Part shown: one piece after another, positions 34,761 through 48,700 of the stretch
Layout: each line of letters starts with the position of its first letter
How positions within the stretch are numbered: the stretch's first letter is position 1
NCBI GenBank assembly: GCA_964252035.1
Contig: OZ176200.1
Source: Podarcis erhardii
Taxonomy: Eukaryota
Length of the DNA stretch: 64,000 nt
Strand: one strand, 5' to 3'
Notes under the pieces: model-generated
The model's input: the letters and a program-made list of their open reading frames with translations, nothing else
Database searches by the model: none
What the model was told of the DNA's origin: nothing
Made by a program: the position numbers and the translations under genes

Positions 34761-37700
34761 GTTAATCCCGAGGGGGGGAAGGAAGTATGTGTGTGTGTGG
34801 GGGGTATTATTTATTTAATAAAATGTATACACTGCTTGGGGGACGCGGGTGGCGCTGTGGTCTAAACCGCAGAGCCTAGGGCTTGCCGATCAGAAGGTCG
34901 GCGGTTCCCCAAAGCATCAATTGATACAAGAGACCCTGGCTCAACCTTCAAAACAGGATCATATTTGCAGTGAGAACAGACTTGGTGCTTGTAAACTGAA
35001 TATGTGCATTAAAATAGGATAAAGCCACATCTGTGCTATCAGTAAACAGTTAACAGATTAATCTGCATAATTGGATAGTGAAGACACTTGACATGTGTTG
35101 CTTCTCCCAGTCGTAGTATGTGTGAGAGAAACCTTTATTCCTTTAAGAAGGGCCATAGGTGAGTAGCAGATCAGGTGCTTTGTATGCAGGTTCTGCACCA
35201 GGCATCTCCAATTAAACGGAACAGATAGGAAGGGAGAGGAAAGGGCCTCCTCTTCCCGAGACCCTGTTGAGCAGCTGCTGCTAGTCAGAGCACGCAACCC
35301 TAAACTAGGGGGCAAATAGTCTGATCTGCTATAAAGTAGCTTCCTGGGATAAAAGTCATCTAAGCCACCTTCAGCTAGTAGCAGATCTGTGTTTATAAGA
35401 TGCTGAAGCCCCTTCCTGCATTTACACTTCCTAATGCAGTAAACCCCCCCCTTTATTCTCTGCCTGAGAAATTGGGGGACAGAGACATTTATAAAAAGTT
35501 ATTTTTATTTGCTGTATAATTTCCTACAGCTTCATGAATAACAGTTTCTTCTGGCCCAGTAGCTTGTGAGACCTGCTGCTCAATCCACCCGCATAGCAGT
35601 ATGGTATGGTTAGTGGGCTGGTACAAGCTTGCGTTTAAGTCGTAGCCATGGGTGGCCAGGACTTGCATGTAGGTGAGTGAGTGGGCTAGCAGAGGAGGGA
35701 ATGGAGTGCTCTGTTCCTCTGCATCCAGCTTGGTACTACAACTCTCCAGTCTTTCTTTGCCAGCTCCCAGCTGGCTACTAAACATTTTTGTAGGCTAGGT
35801 AACTTTTCTGGGCTTATTTAAAACCCTGGGCTAGGACTTTCTATATCTATTTGCTGGTTGATTTGACCAGTTATTTAAATGGATGTTGAGAATCAAATTT
35901 GTATTTATTTAATGCTTCCCATATAAAATCCCAAAGTGATTTAGCAACATCCATGTGTGTGTGTGTGTACATGTCAAGGACAGATACAGACGGGGTGTGT
36001 GGTGGAACGCCACTTGAAAAGCTTATTGTAGAAAATGAAGGTTATTTGATAGGCACCTAAAAGATGAAATAGTTGGTGCCGGCTTGATGCCATGAAATGG
36101 AGCTTCATACCACCATGTTAAAGGTCCAGTTCCTACAGTGCATGGAATGGATCAGCTAATAAGCTGAAATTTCTACAAACTCTGTTCTGAACTTGATTAC
36201 ACTAACTCTTTCACTTGTATACAGTGAGGGCAATGTACTGTGCTATTAGCTTTATTCGTTATATTAGAAGTTGGTTTAATACCACATCAGTCCCTTGATC
36301 CAACCACTCTGCTTCCCCTTCTCTTCAGGTGACTTTCCACTACCGCACACTGCTTTGCAGTCCGGACCAGCGAGTCTTGGATGACAGCCGTACCCGAGGG
36401 AAGCCCATGGAGCTCATCATTGGCAAGAAATTCAAGCTGCCCGTTTGGGAGACTATCCTGCACACCATGAGAGAGGGAGAGATGGCTGAGTTCTTGTGTG
36501 ACACAAAGGTAATCCTTGTGGGATGATCAGCCTCATAGAATTGTTGAGTTGGAAGGGACCACGAGGGTCATCTAGTCCAATCCCCTGCAATGCAGGAAGT
36601 GGGGCTCAAACCCATGACCTTGAGATTAAGAGTCTCCTGCTCTACCAACTGAGCTATCATAGAACCAACATTCTTAAGTCTTAATTAATGCATGAAGGGG
36701 TTAATGCCACAGAATAAGCTGTCCTGCCAGGCTTAGTTAGGTCACTTCCCCTTAGGTCATCAATCCTATTGTACTAACCTCCACGCACATCTACCTGAGC
36801 TCAGCATGGCTCTCACAAACCACTCTTTTGAGTTCCTAGACCAATCATATAGAAACTTTAACCACTTTGTAACTTAGCCAACTTTCAGTGTCTGTGCAAC
36901 TTTATGAAGCCATTCGAAGTCAGTAAACCATTTTTAACTTACCCAATGTGTGGTCTTTTTCTGTGTTAGGGGAGGAGGAAAACTTTGGAAGGAGTTTGGA
37001 AGGGTGTATTATGAAGGTCTAACAACTTATATTTCCACACTTTATTTTGCTGTATATTTTGCTATTTTAAATCTGCTGGGGTTCTCTCACTAAACAGTAC
37101 TTACCTCAGACTTGGATCTTGGCATCCAGGTACTCTTCTTTCTATATACCTGTTTTTAAGTTGAACCCAGAACCCCCACTTCTGCAGCAAGCTAGCTTGG
37201 TCTAGTGTGGGAAGTGGCTTAGACATACCAGGCAAGGAGAGGTCTCTTCCCTAGCCCTGGCATCTGTAGTTTCCCTAACACATCCTTATGCTTTCTTGGT
37301 GCAGAATTGGAGTTTCCTTGGATGCAGCTTTCAGGATTCTCCTTCCACAACTCACAACTAAGTATTTGGATCTGGCACAGGTGATGGAATGCCAGATTTG
37401 TTCTTTTTGGAGAGAAAATACACCATTTCAGCACGGGCACAAAATTTTATCTCATATCTTTGGGGCTGATGGTTATTCCCTGGGAGAGGTTCTTCTCTCC
37501 TAGCAAGAAGGACTATGCCTGATCTTTTCTTTCTTTCTCTCCAGCATGTGGTCTTGTACCCAATGGTGTCAAAGAGCTTGAGGAACATTGCGGCTGGGAA
37601 GGATCCACTGGAGGGACAACGGCATTGCTGTGGCATTGCTCAGATGCATGAGCATCACTCCCTGGGTTACCCAGATCTCGATGAGCTACAGCAGAACCCC

Positions 37701-39551
37701 CAGCCCCTCATCTTTGCCATTGAGATGCTCAAGGTGAGGGGAAGGAAAGGTGAGGTCCTCTGGGACAGTCAGAATCAGGAGAGTGATGGCTCTCTTGTGT
37801 ATTTGGGAGTTTCTCCTGTATGTGGGTGTATGGATGTGCAAGAAGGGAGGAGAAAGCTGATTCCCAACAGATCTGTCTTGTTGTCTGCTTTTATTTTCTT
37901 GGCTAAGTACATGAGTTGATTTTGCTAGCTTTTTAAAGGTACCACACAGGGATGAAGCAGCAGCTGCCTACTGAGAACCCTCCTACTATTTCACTTCCCC
38001 CCAGTTTCATAAATCTCATCAAAGACGTGTTTTTTTCTTACCTGTGCCCTGAGATGCAGAAGGCACACCGTCAGATGGGCTCTTACAGTGCTCACATTGC
38101 CCCCACTATCTAACCCAGCCTGCTGCCTTTGTGCCTTGCTTAGGTGGAAGTTCCTGGCACATACCGGCAAGATCCTTGGGCCATGTCAGATGACGAGAAA
38201 GTGAAGGCCGTACCCCTGATCCACCAGGAAGGCAATGAGCTCTACAAGGAAGGCAAAGTGCAGGAGGCAGCTGCCAAGTACTATGATGCCATCGCTTGCC
38301 TCAAGAACCTGCAGATGAAGGTGACTGAAGGCGCGTCTTCCTCACACCCTAGTGCAGCTTCACTTTTGTCTACACATTTGTGTTAAGAGGGTGGGTGTGT
38401 GAGCTCCGGATGTAGCAGGGATCCCACCTCCCTTGCATCATGCTGCAGAGGCAGATGTGAGTTGTGGATTGATAAGCAGGATTGGCACCGCATAAAGGGC
38501 AGCCCTGCTTCCTGTGCAGTTCCTCCCCTGTCCATAAGGTCTGCTCTGATGGCAGAGCTTCCAGGAGGCCACTCCTTTTCAGTCAACAGGGCCCTTGGTT
38601 GTGCTGCCCAGCCATCATGGCACCTCTGTTCTCATATGTAGGGGAACCTTTGAAATCCTTCAGCTGTGCCTCACACTCCTTTCCTTGTCCTGTACCCCAG
38701 GAGCAGCCCGGATCCCCAGACTGGATCCAGCTGGACCAACAAATCACCCCTTTGCTGCTGAATTACTGCCAGTGTAAGCTGTTGAACGAGGAGTATTACG
38801 AGGTGCTGGATCACTGCTCCTCTATTCTCAACAAATATGAAGGTAAGGCATTTTGCTGGCCACACCATGCCCTAGTGGGGACTGGGAAGCAGCTCTGAAA
38901 ATAGAGAGTTGTGGGATTTGATTAATTTAACTTTGTGTTGCGAGGGACTGCATGTGGGGGCAGAGGCGACCTACTGTGGTTTTAGAGAGCGAGCGTGGTA
39001 TAGTGGTTAACGTGTTGGACTAGGACTTGGGAGACCAGGGTGCAAATCTTTCAGACATGAAGCTCACTGGGTGACCTTGTGCTATGCTAGTCACTGTCTC
39101 CTAGCCTATCCAACCTCACAGGGTTGTGAAGATAAAATGAGAAGGGGAGAACCCTGGTGCACCACCTAGGGGGATGGGTGTGACATATGTCATTTAAAAT
39201 AAATAAGAGAGTCCTTGCATGTAACTGGGGTTGAGGGGGGAGCTTTGTATTGTGCCCTCGTTGAAAGTGGAATAGACCACTGGGTGGGCCTGGTCAGAGT
39301 GTACGGAGCCTGCCTGCATTACTCAGGTGCTGGCTCTCCCCGCAGATAACGTCAAAGCCTACTTCAAGCGAGCCAAGGCCCATGCTGCTGTTTGGAATGC
39401 AACCGAAGCGCAGGCTGACTTTGCCAAGGTCTTGCAGTTGGATCCGTCGTTGGGCCCTGTGGTTGCCCGGGAGCTGCGTAGCCTGGAGACCCGCTTACGT
39501 CAGAAAGAAGACGAGGACAAGATCCGTTTCAAAGGCATATTCTCCCAGTAG
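34360..39551 (+). CDS. AIP: AH receptor-interacting protein (FKBP-like plus TPR domains; 330 aa, 6 exons)
   Basis: Exons 34360-34458, 36329-36508, 37545-37733, 38144-38320, 38701-38842, 39346-39551 (993 nt). [23 protein letters not shown]...[24 protein letters not shown]...[14 protein letters not shown]. Confidence 0.98.
34840..34907 (+). mobile_element. Sauria SINE 5' fragment
   Basis: gggacgcgggtggcgctgtggtctaaaccgcagagcctagggcttgccgatcagaaggtcggcggtt, truncated. Confidence 0.85.
35195..35345 (-). mobile_element. tRNA-derived squamate SINE fragment (related copies ~48330-48440, 49455-49612, 51425-51510, 52895-53050)
   Basis: Shared motifs tgcatgcagaaggt.cc.ggttc and gagagctg.tgcc.gtcag...gctagatggacca.tgg.ctgact in both orientations. 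Confidence 0.6.
36533..36658 (-). mobile_element. tRNA-Lys(CTT)-derived SINE with CR1-like 3' tail
   Basis: Minus strand gatagctcagttggtagagcaggagactcttaatctcaaggtcatgggtttgagccccac, then ttggactagatgaccctcgtggtcccttccaactcaacaattctatga; no acceptor stem. Confidence 0.8.
38985..39210 (+). mobile_element. tRNA/L2-tail SINE (MIR/Squam3-like)
   Basis: gcgtggtatagtggtt...gttggactaggacttgggagaccagggt...ctcactgggtgacctt...acctcacagggttgtgaagataaaatg. Confidence 0.7.
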
Positions 39552-42500
39552 CCACCATGCCGCCTGCTGCTGTCCCACTCGAGACAGCTGAGGCTTTGCT
39601 GTCGGTGCTCTATGGCCAGGCAGCGCCAATGGACCATGACACTCCTTGGCTCAGGGCTAGTGCGGCCCTCCCCTTTGCACACATATTGGGGAAGCCGCCC
39701 TTTCTTGTCAGCAAAGTATGTTGCCTCTGTGCAAATAGCAGTATTTGCCAAAGGGAAGAGGGAGAGAGAAGAGGCGGCTTTCTGATTTCCCAGGCCAAAG
39801 AGGAATGTGTCTGCCAGATTAGGTGTGAGCCTCTTATGTTATCCCTCCAAGTGACCCTTTACCCTGTTCCATTACACACAGTGCCTTTTCCTGTGTTGCT
39901 CATGAAGAGAGAAACTTAGCTTGTGTGAGAGCTGCCAGGAGATACTGTGAGGTATGCTTTGTGTTGTGGGCCAAGGCTGAATGGGCCATTTATGATGAGA
40001 GTTGCATGAAGGTGATCAGTTCTCCCTTTGAGTGCCATTCCTCCTTGCCATGCCCTCTGTGTGCAGTAGTGCATGTGTTTGCGCTTGTACTCAGTCCATC
40101 CTGGCTAGTGTGCAGGTGAGGTTGCCCTTTTCTGGCTGTGTGGGATGATGCCCCAGGATCCAAATACATCTCCCTTTGCGAGGGAACCTTAAGTGGTGTA
40201 TTGCTGAGTAAGAAGGAACCAAACCGTTGGATGCTCCATCCAGCAGGTCTTTTTAAAGGAAAAAGAGAGACTGCACCTACTGCATTGTGGTTGTTGTGTT
40301 GGAAACCCTTGGCTTCTTTAGTTAAAGTGTGTTGTGGTGTGATAGGTCAACCATAGACATGTGGTGCCCTGTGCTGCTTTGCAAACTAGGAGGCTCTGCC
40401 GAATGCCAGCTTCCCTGTTACTTGATGTAATGGCTGCTGTCAACATTCCTTGTTGTTCCTGGTGCTTTGTAGCTGGTTGGAGGAAGAAGCACTTTCAAAA
40501 AAAAATCTGCTAAAATGAAGAACTCTTCATTTCTTTGGGCCTTTAGTACATGACTGAGAGAGAGGAGTCTTGTGCATGTTGTTTCTTGATGCCTCCAATA
40601 GCAAATATTCCAAACTGATGCAGCACAGCAACAGGCCCCAGTTCTTCCTCCCTTCTCTGAGAGGTAGGGCTTGGGAGCAAATAGCAAAAGGTGAGGCCAG
40701 CCAACCAGCCCCTGCTAGAATGTATAGATTCGAGCAATATACTGTGCAGCATATTCTGAAACTCCAAGGGTGACTTTGATTAAGGGTGACTGTTGCCACC
40801 TCCTGAAACGTCTAAGCCACATCAAGTAGCACAGATAATTGTTGGCGCCAGTGACTTACCTAGGCCAAGGGCACACCAGGAGGGCAGTGCCTCATAAGCA
40901 CCAACTTTCCCTGTGAGTACAGCAGCCAACAGTAGGGGGATCATGTCAAAGGCTCAGAGTGTTTTTCCCTTCCTTCTGTGTAGGAAAAGATGATGGGTGG
41001 ACATGGTGTCATAAGCAGCTATTTCCCTTTAATTATTTCAGAAACTGAATCAAAGACAGTCAGATTCACTGAAAGACTTAGGATGCAAAGAACACTTGTT
41101 CAGGGCGTTCTTCCGTGAGGAAGGATCTTTGCCCCAACCCACCAAGGTTATTTGCTTGTTAGAATGGGTTTTGTGCTTGGATTGCCAATCTTGGGTACAG
41201 AATCAGTGGAGTTCATACCTGAGCAATGTCAGGACAATGGGCTCTTATAATGCCTTGAATCCCTGTTGTATGGTGAGTGTGATTGCAATCTTTGCCTGGA
41301 CTGTGAAACTGGCCCTAAAAGTGGGAGATACCATTTACCTACCCAGTTCAAATTGGATTACTTGTCTTCCTACCAAATACATCTACAGAGCCAATAATAA
41401 TGTATGATTTTAATTTTTTTACATCTTCCCAGTTACCTTTCCTTTCAAATCAGTTTATTCTGTTTTGTTGGTCTGTGCTGTCTCTCTTCAGTATACATCT
41501 GTACACAGTGCAGACCCCCCCCCCTCCAGACTGTTTTCAGCACCAGTGTGCATAGCACGGTCTGTATAGCTGGATTAAAAACTGTAGCTGTCAAGGTGTC
41601 CCATAGGGAAAAGGCACCTTGCTTTTTCAAAGTACTGTGTGCCTGTACACTCCAACTTCTACTCCAGAGGGCAGCCCATTGTTGTCCTGATATTACATGC
41701 ACTTGCAGAGAAAATGGGAGATCATCCAAACACCATACCAAATCAAAATTGAAATGTCATGAACCAAGCAGAAAGGAACACTTTGTTCATCCTTCTGTGG
41801 CTTTAAAATTTGCTACCCAGTGTATATTTAGCCCAGCACATGCCCCTAGGGATAAAGTGGGTGAACAGAGAATGTGGGATCGAACGCCACAGTTGGCACA
41901 ATCTATTATTTCTGTGCAGCTCCCATTCAGTTCAGCGGCTCTTACACTGGGGAACTTGGCAGTAGATTGTGCTCAGTAACGGTCATCTAAATAACCACCA
42001 GTAGAATTCAGAGTTGTACAATAAAGTTTCCTCTCTACCACAAAGTACTGCAAGAAAATGTTTTTGCTTATGTTTTTTAATGGTTAGATTATTGTACGTT
42101 GCCTGTCTTTGAGCTACAAAGGTTGTACTGCTTTTTTCTGGACCATATCTATATTTGGAGGAGGTAGGGCTCTGTTGGTCAGCTTTGAGTCTCATGCTAC
42201 ACCTATCAAAGTCTCTGTACTGCTAGTGCAAATCAGTCGCAGAAGACAAGCCTGGCTAACACAGAATCTTTGGGAAATAATTTTTAAAAATCATCATTGT
42301 GTTTCTATATTGCAGGTTCAAGTGTATGGTATTTGTTTATATAAAAAACATATTCAAAAGCAATTTGGTGACAGTTCTGGCATCTTTGGGTCCTGGTGGA
42401 AACTAGAAAAGAAGCCAGAGGATTAAAAAGTGGTGTGCTTAGTCTAGACCCCCATTTACCTCTGAATTGCCGTCAGTAAGGAAAATTGCAACTTTTTCTT

Positions 42501-45500
42501 CCAAGAATGAAAACAAGTAATTTGGTATAAAGGAAGGTTGAAACATCTGCATACCTACTCTCCTGTTCAATGGCTTGAACAAGGAGTTGGCGCAGGAAAT
42601 CAACCCAGGCACAGCCTTGTAAGTAAAATTATTGTACCCTGTTCAGTTGACTTTCTGTAGCCTAATCCCTCCCCTCAGTGATGGGATAGAAATTTTATAA
42701 AGCAGCCCAGGAAGGAATAGAGCACTTCTGAAACATGAAAAGCTGTAGCCCATGGGCTGGATACCCATAAGCAGGTTTTTCTGCTCAATTATTATTATTT
42801 TTTGGTCGTCTGTTACTAATAATTGACAGAACTCACTGTTGTGAAAATTTACATCTACTTGCACAACAGGACTTCCACCTTGTTTTCCTCACCTCTGCAG
42901 CCCCTGTGGTTCCTAAAACTGGGAAGACTGCAGGGGGAAGGAGATGAAGATGGAGTTCCGCTATGCAAGTTCATTCCACCCGTGCATGGACTGTTACAAA
43001 CAATCCAAGGAATTTGAAAAAAATAAAAAATGGGAAAGAATTCTACAAAAAAAATGTCTTGTGAGCCTGTGAGTGAGGTACTGAAACAAAGAAAAACAAT
43101 TCCAATACAATAATTTATTAAACTTCCATCTTGTAAAGCCAGTTACAAATTAAACAAACAAAAAGAGCAGAAGGAAATCTGCAATAGAATTAATGGAAGT
43201 TATACTTCTAATTGGGTTTAAGCTGCCTGCAGCAACCCATGAGCCAGGACAGAGCAGTAGTTCAGGGCTAAGGACTGGGGAGCAGGAAGGAGAACTAAGA
43301 AGGTTCTAGTATGTATCAGACCAAACAGGGAATATCAAGTTCACTAGTCGTCTTTGTTCCACTCTGCAACCTGGTGAGGGCCAAAACAAAGAGGTAAAAA
43401 CTCTTAATGTGACTCAGTCTGGTGTCTTAAGGCAATGTTTCTCTTTCAAAACTACAGAATGGTGAGACAGTCTGTCCAGCCTTGCTGATGCAACTACATA
43501 ACATGCACAGGATATTTGGGTGGGCACCTTACAGGAGAAAAGAGGTGGCTGCTAAACCCTGAACTGTGGCTTTTGTGTTTTCGCTTCAATAAAAAAGAAA
43601 GCAATTATAATTACATCACTGGATGGCTTCTTCAGACAGGTGTGACTTACTTTATTTGCATTCCCCGGGACAAAGGGATGGGAGTGTGGAAACGAGATCC
43701 CTGATTGGACAATCCTTTGTAGAGGAAAAGTTCCAGATTCTTTGGGTTTTACTGAGTGGACTGGACAAGAGATTTGAAATTCAACCTTGGTAGGTCAGAG
43801 CAGATTGGCAGCTTGATTTACCTAGCTGAAAAAGAAAGTGGAAAACCCCAAAATAGCCTGGAATAGGGAAAAATGCTGCCTTTGTGCTTAGAGAGGAAGG
43901 CATAGTTGAATATAATTCCCCTCATATTACAGAAACGTAGAAATGGATAGTAGACAAAGAATTCAGGATCCTGAGAATCTTGGCTGTATTTTTCTTTTAA
44001 AAAAATTAAGTCCCTAGCCCCATAGGCTATGAAAAGATGCATACAAATACCTGGGTAATTGCCAAAGATGTCTCAGAAGGCTGGAGGTGGGCAGAGTAAG
44101 ATTTGAACCCTTTGGGGACTGGATTGCAATACTTTATCCACCTCTTTACCCCTTTCCTACTGCTAGCAGAAGCAGGATAAAGAGACATATTTTGCATTAA
44201 CTGCCTTTCATCTGTCATCTGCCAACCCACAGCAAGCTATTAACTTTGGAGGGCTTATGTACATGGCCTTTCTAAGCAACCACAATGGACCAATGTGGCA
44301 CTTAGCCTAGTGGAACTTGTTGGTCTCCATAACCCCTCCATAAGCTCCCGCTAGAACAGCCCATGGACAGGGATGAAGGAAAGTGTAGCCCAGGAATATC
44401 TGGAGGGCCACAGATTCCCCATCCCTGCCCTAGGGCTTCAGCAGCTTACAGGATAAACCCATTCTTCCCAGGTTGGCATGCTGGAGGGTTTCAGGAGAGA
44501 ATGGAGCAAGTCCTCCGACAGGTGGGGATTCAGAGATGTGCAGCCAACTCATCTGACTCCTCCCTGTGCCCTGTTCCTTCCCTACCTCATCAAGCACAGA
44601 TGATTCCTTCAGCCTTCTGTGTTCTCAGTTACCTTGACTCTAGTTGGTTTTTCTCTCTGCCGCCTTCGCAGCCAGCTCCCTTCTCTTACCTTCTCAAAAT
44701 CCATTCATTTAGTCTGTTTTACTATCTGTAGCCTCCCAAGGCTTTGTGTGGCATAAAAACTAGCCTATAGAAAAGGATAAGGAATAAAAGCAGCCCAAAC
44801 TCCAGGAAGGAAGGGAAAGCAGCATCAAAGTGATTAGGGAAAAGGGACTGTTCTCCTTGCAACTGGATACACGTAGATCTATCCACAAATCTCACCCCCT
44901 GGACTCATCAGAGAAATGGGTTTTTTTATACTACCAAGTGGCAAACTCTCCAAACATGCACCATGAGAAATAGCTCCTCTCCAAAGGGCTTGGAAGAACA
45001 GCACCAAAAGAAATATGTGTCGTTTTACACACAGCTGGTGGTTTCCATAAGGATCCTGCTTCGAGAGTCACAAGCCTCTGTGAGGATCTCCGCTTACATC
45101 AAACAGAGTGGTGGCCTTTTAATAATTGTAGCTTTGAAAACTCTGTGATTTGGAAGTAATTAAACCTTAAACCTCTGGGGATGGTAATACTGATAACACA
45201 ACACAACCCGCCCCTCCATGCAGCAGAGAGGCTCCCAATACTATATTCAGTAGTAGCAGCTCATCCCTGAGCGAACATCAGCCCCCCAAAGGGTTAGTTT
45301 AGTCTTTACCATTGGAGAGCTTGGCTGCCAAATTAACTGGAACCTCTATCTCTTGCGCATGCGGGAATCTTGCTTGGTGCATCACAGCACAACATTGAGA
45401 CTCCCCACCCACCTGCTGCTTTTATTGCACAAAATATTTCCGCGCCTCAATCTCTTCAAGAAAGGTAGCCACATTTGCTTCTGGTGGTCTCACTTTGCAT

Positions 45501-45776
45501 CTGCAGTAAGGTCTTTACTCCAAGAGTGAGGCCAGAGGGAGCCTGGCCTCCAGCTGCCTTGAGTAGCTAGCCAGAGTAGTCGGGGTTGTGGTTTTGGTTA
45601 AAGAGCAAGCCCTACAGCTGTGGGTGCTCAGCATCAGTCCCTTTTTCCTTCTCTCAAAGCAAAGGACAAAAGGGAGATGTTTTCTCCTTCTTACAAAAAA
45701 GGATTTTTGCTACAAATCTGGCTGGAACACAGTGTGTATCTTTCCTCAAGGGCTCAGTGCAGCGCCACAGGCCTCA

Positions 45777-48700
45777 TCACCTCGTCCAGATACTCGCACG
45801 ACTGTCCAGGCTGGTGGCCGATTTGATGCTACAACATTTCTTCACAATCATGTTGATGTAGGCTTTCATGATTTTAATGATCTCTCCCACCTAATAAGAT
45901 AAGAGGGGACGGTCAGGATCACTTAACGCACTGAGCAGTTATATAGCAGCAATTTCTGATGGTGGCCAGAAGTCAATGGAATATAACTGGAATGGGGACT
46001 TGCGAAGGGTCTTCTGTATCCCCTTGCTTTCTCCCAACCCCTACTGCTACTATCACTTTGGGAAACGCAAGAAAGAAGCCTGCATTTCTTTGGCTGTGCA
46101 TACCTGTTCCCTGAGCAGAATTCAACCCCCGCTTGCACGTGAGGTTTAAATTCCGCTCAAGGAACAGGCACAGTCAGTCCAAAAAAATATGTCAATTGCA
46201 GGCTTCTTCCTAGCTCCCCCCACCCTCCTTTGCTCAGGGAACGGGAGGGAGAAATGCTTTGCCAGCTTTGTGACTGGTGATTCCAAAGCCCCACCCACCT
46301 GTCAAATCTGACCCATGTGGCCAATCTGGGGAGCTAAAAGGGTTCCCCACCCCTGCAACATACTTTAAAAAGGAAGCCTTTCGGCTTATGCTTTTTGCCC
46401 ACCCAATCCTGCCTCAGCACAAAAGTGCTTGTGGTCACTCACAAAACAGGCTAACTTAGTGTTCCATGAAGCATACCTGGGGGGTTTCAAAGTACATCTC
46501 TCTCTCATCCACTGTCAGCTTGAAGGTATTGGGCTGGGGAGCCCCAAAGAAGACAATGTGCTCATACTGGAACGTTTCTAGGGGTTTGGGGTCTCCCCGT
46601 TTGTACACCGACACATTCTCTGTGCTGACACTAAGCCAGAGGTCGTTGGGAAAGCCACCTTCCTTACACTGCAGGAAAGAAACAAGAAGAGTTAGCAAAG
46701 GGAAGGTGTTGCTTGGGGAAAAAGTCAGTGGACGGTTCAGTCAGTGGACGACTGAACCGAAGACTGAAAGCCCCTGGTCAAAAACCAATCCTCTCCCCCC
46801 CCCCAATCCAATGAAACCCAGAGTAATTAGTAAAGATTCCCACCTCAAAAGCAAATAATTTAAAAATGGTGTCAAAGACAGACCCAAAATATTTAATTTA
46901 TTTATTTCGATTTCCACTTCATTCTTTAATAGGATCTGCCAAATCTTAGCTCAACCATGAACAGGCTTAGTAGCCAATATTTATTTATTGTGTTTACATC
47001 CTGCCTTTCCAGATAGTTCAGGTCTGACTACTCTGTTCTCCTGCTTCCCTGTTTTATTCTCCAAACAATGCTGTGAGGTAATTTAGCTGTGACTGAGTTA
47101 GGATTTGAACCTGGGTGTACGCCCTCCTAGCCCAATACTCTTAGCTACACCCACATTGGCTCTTCAGCAATTCATCGATTAGCTTGCACCTCAATTCCCT
47201 CCCCCCACAATCCTCAATCTGTAATAGTGGGGGTAATAAAATAGAACCATCTTTGAAGGTTCTTATTAAGTGCAACTGAGACAATAAACATAATCCTCCT
47301 GTAGCATCTTTCAAAGAAGAAGGATTAATACTGAAGCTTCTTGTGTCTCTCACCTCCACATCAAAGACAGTGGAGCCATAGCCCGACCATTCCTTCATGA
47401 TGTTCATGTAGGCCACCATGGCTTGCTGCTGGAGCAGCCCCTGCAGTTTGCACCACTTTTCTGTTATGCTGGCCCGAGCCGCCGACAGCTCCTCTTTCAC
47501 CCACATCTCCATCATCTGCTCCTCTTCCACCTTTTGCTTCTTCACTGAGCCCGCCTTAAAGCTACGCTTCAGAGTGCCCTCCAGGAAGCTGGTCCGCCTT
47601 TTCTCCAGGGCATGGCTACTGGGACCGCTACTCTTCATGGACTGCAGGATTTTGGACTTCAGCCTCTTCACTGGATAGATGTTGTCCAGGGACCAGGAGA
47701 TTTTGGAAATATCCCCATAGAGGTACTGCAGCCTCAGAGCAGCCAAGTGCTGCAGTGTCTCCTCTGGGCCAGGGAAATGGCCGTCAATGAGACTTTCATG
47801 AGCCTGTGAATAGCAGAAGGAGCAATTTTATTTGTGGGTCTATAAATGTTGTTACTTGCTATTTTATTGTTCTTTGAAACTTTGGAATTTTAATACTGTA
47901 CATTGGTATGTTGTAACCAACCTTGGGAGGTAGATACACTAAAAAGCAGGCAAATAACTAGCTAACTAAAATACGTTTTTTTTCCAAAGGCTGTTTGCTT
48001 CAAGAGACCATCCCAATGCCTATGCTTACCCCTTTGGAATTATAATTAAGTTATGTATATTGCCTTATAAGTCAAGATGAACAACTCAGTGTCCTAATAG
48101 TAATGGGCTGTTGCAGGCAAATTCTCCACAACCCTGGCTTGACCCAGCCACCCACCTGCTTATTCTCTACCATGCGAAGACTTACCTGCTCAAACATGAA
48201 AGCAAATTCCACCCCTTCCTTGGGAACGTTTTCAACATCCAAGAAACAATACAGTTTAAAGTAGAGCTGCCAGTGCCCATCCTCATCCTCCTCTTCCACG
48301 GACCCAGCAAGTCTAAAAGATGAGGAAGAAGCTGGTTACCATCTGGTTCATTGGTTAAGAAGAGCTGGTCTACACGTAGCATCTGTCTCTGAAAACAGCA
48401 TCTCTGTAGCACGCTGCCATAAGGTCTCAGAGGACTACCAACATGGCAGAAGGCCTTCTTGTTTAGAAAGTATCAAATCCCCCAATGCTAAACAGGAGGG
48501 TTATTCCTGTGAAACACCTACCTCTCAAACTTGGCCAGAACATCAGCTACAATCACCCGACTCTCAATGGCCTTGTCCACATGCTTGTTGCGTTCAAAGA
48601 GGGCAAACATGTTCCGACTGTCTTCCATGGCCAACCCCCGGATCAGCTTCTCTACCACCTACAAAGGGAGAAGAGAGACCACATCACGCCACAAAATATT

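Noticed and set aside
36590-36658. tRNA-Lys gene
   Set aside because: No acceptor stem pairing and it runs into a CR1-like tail, so it is a SINE head.
41404-41979. 191-aa ORF
   Set aside because: No domain signature or splice context; looks like chance open frame in non-coding DNA.
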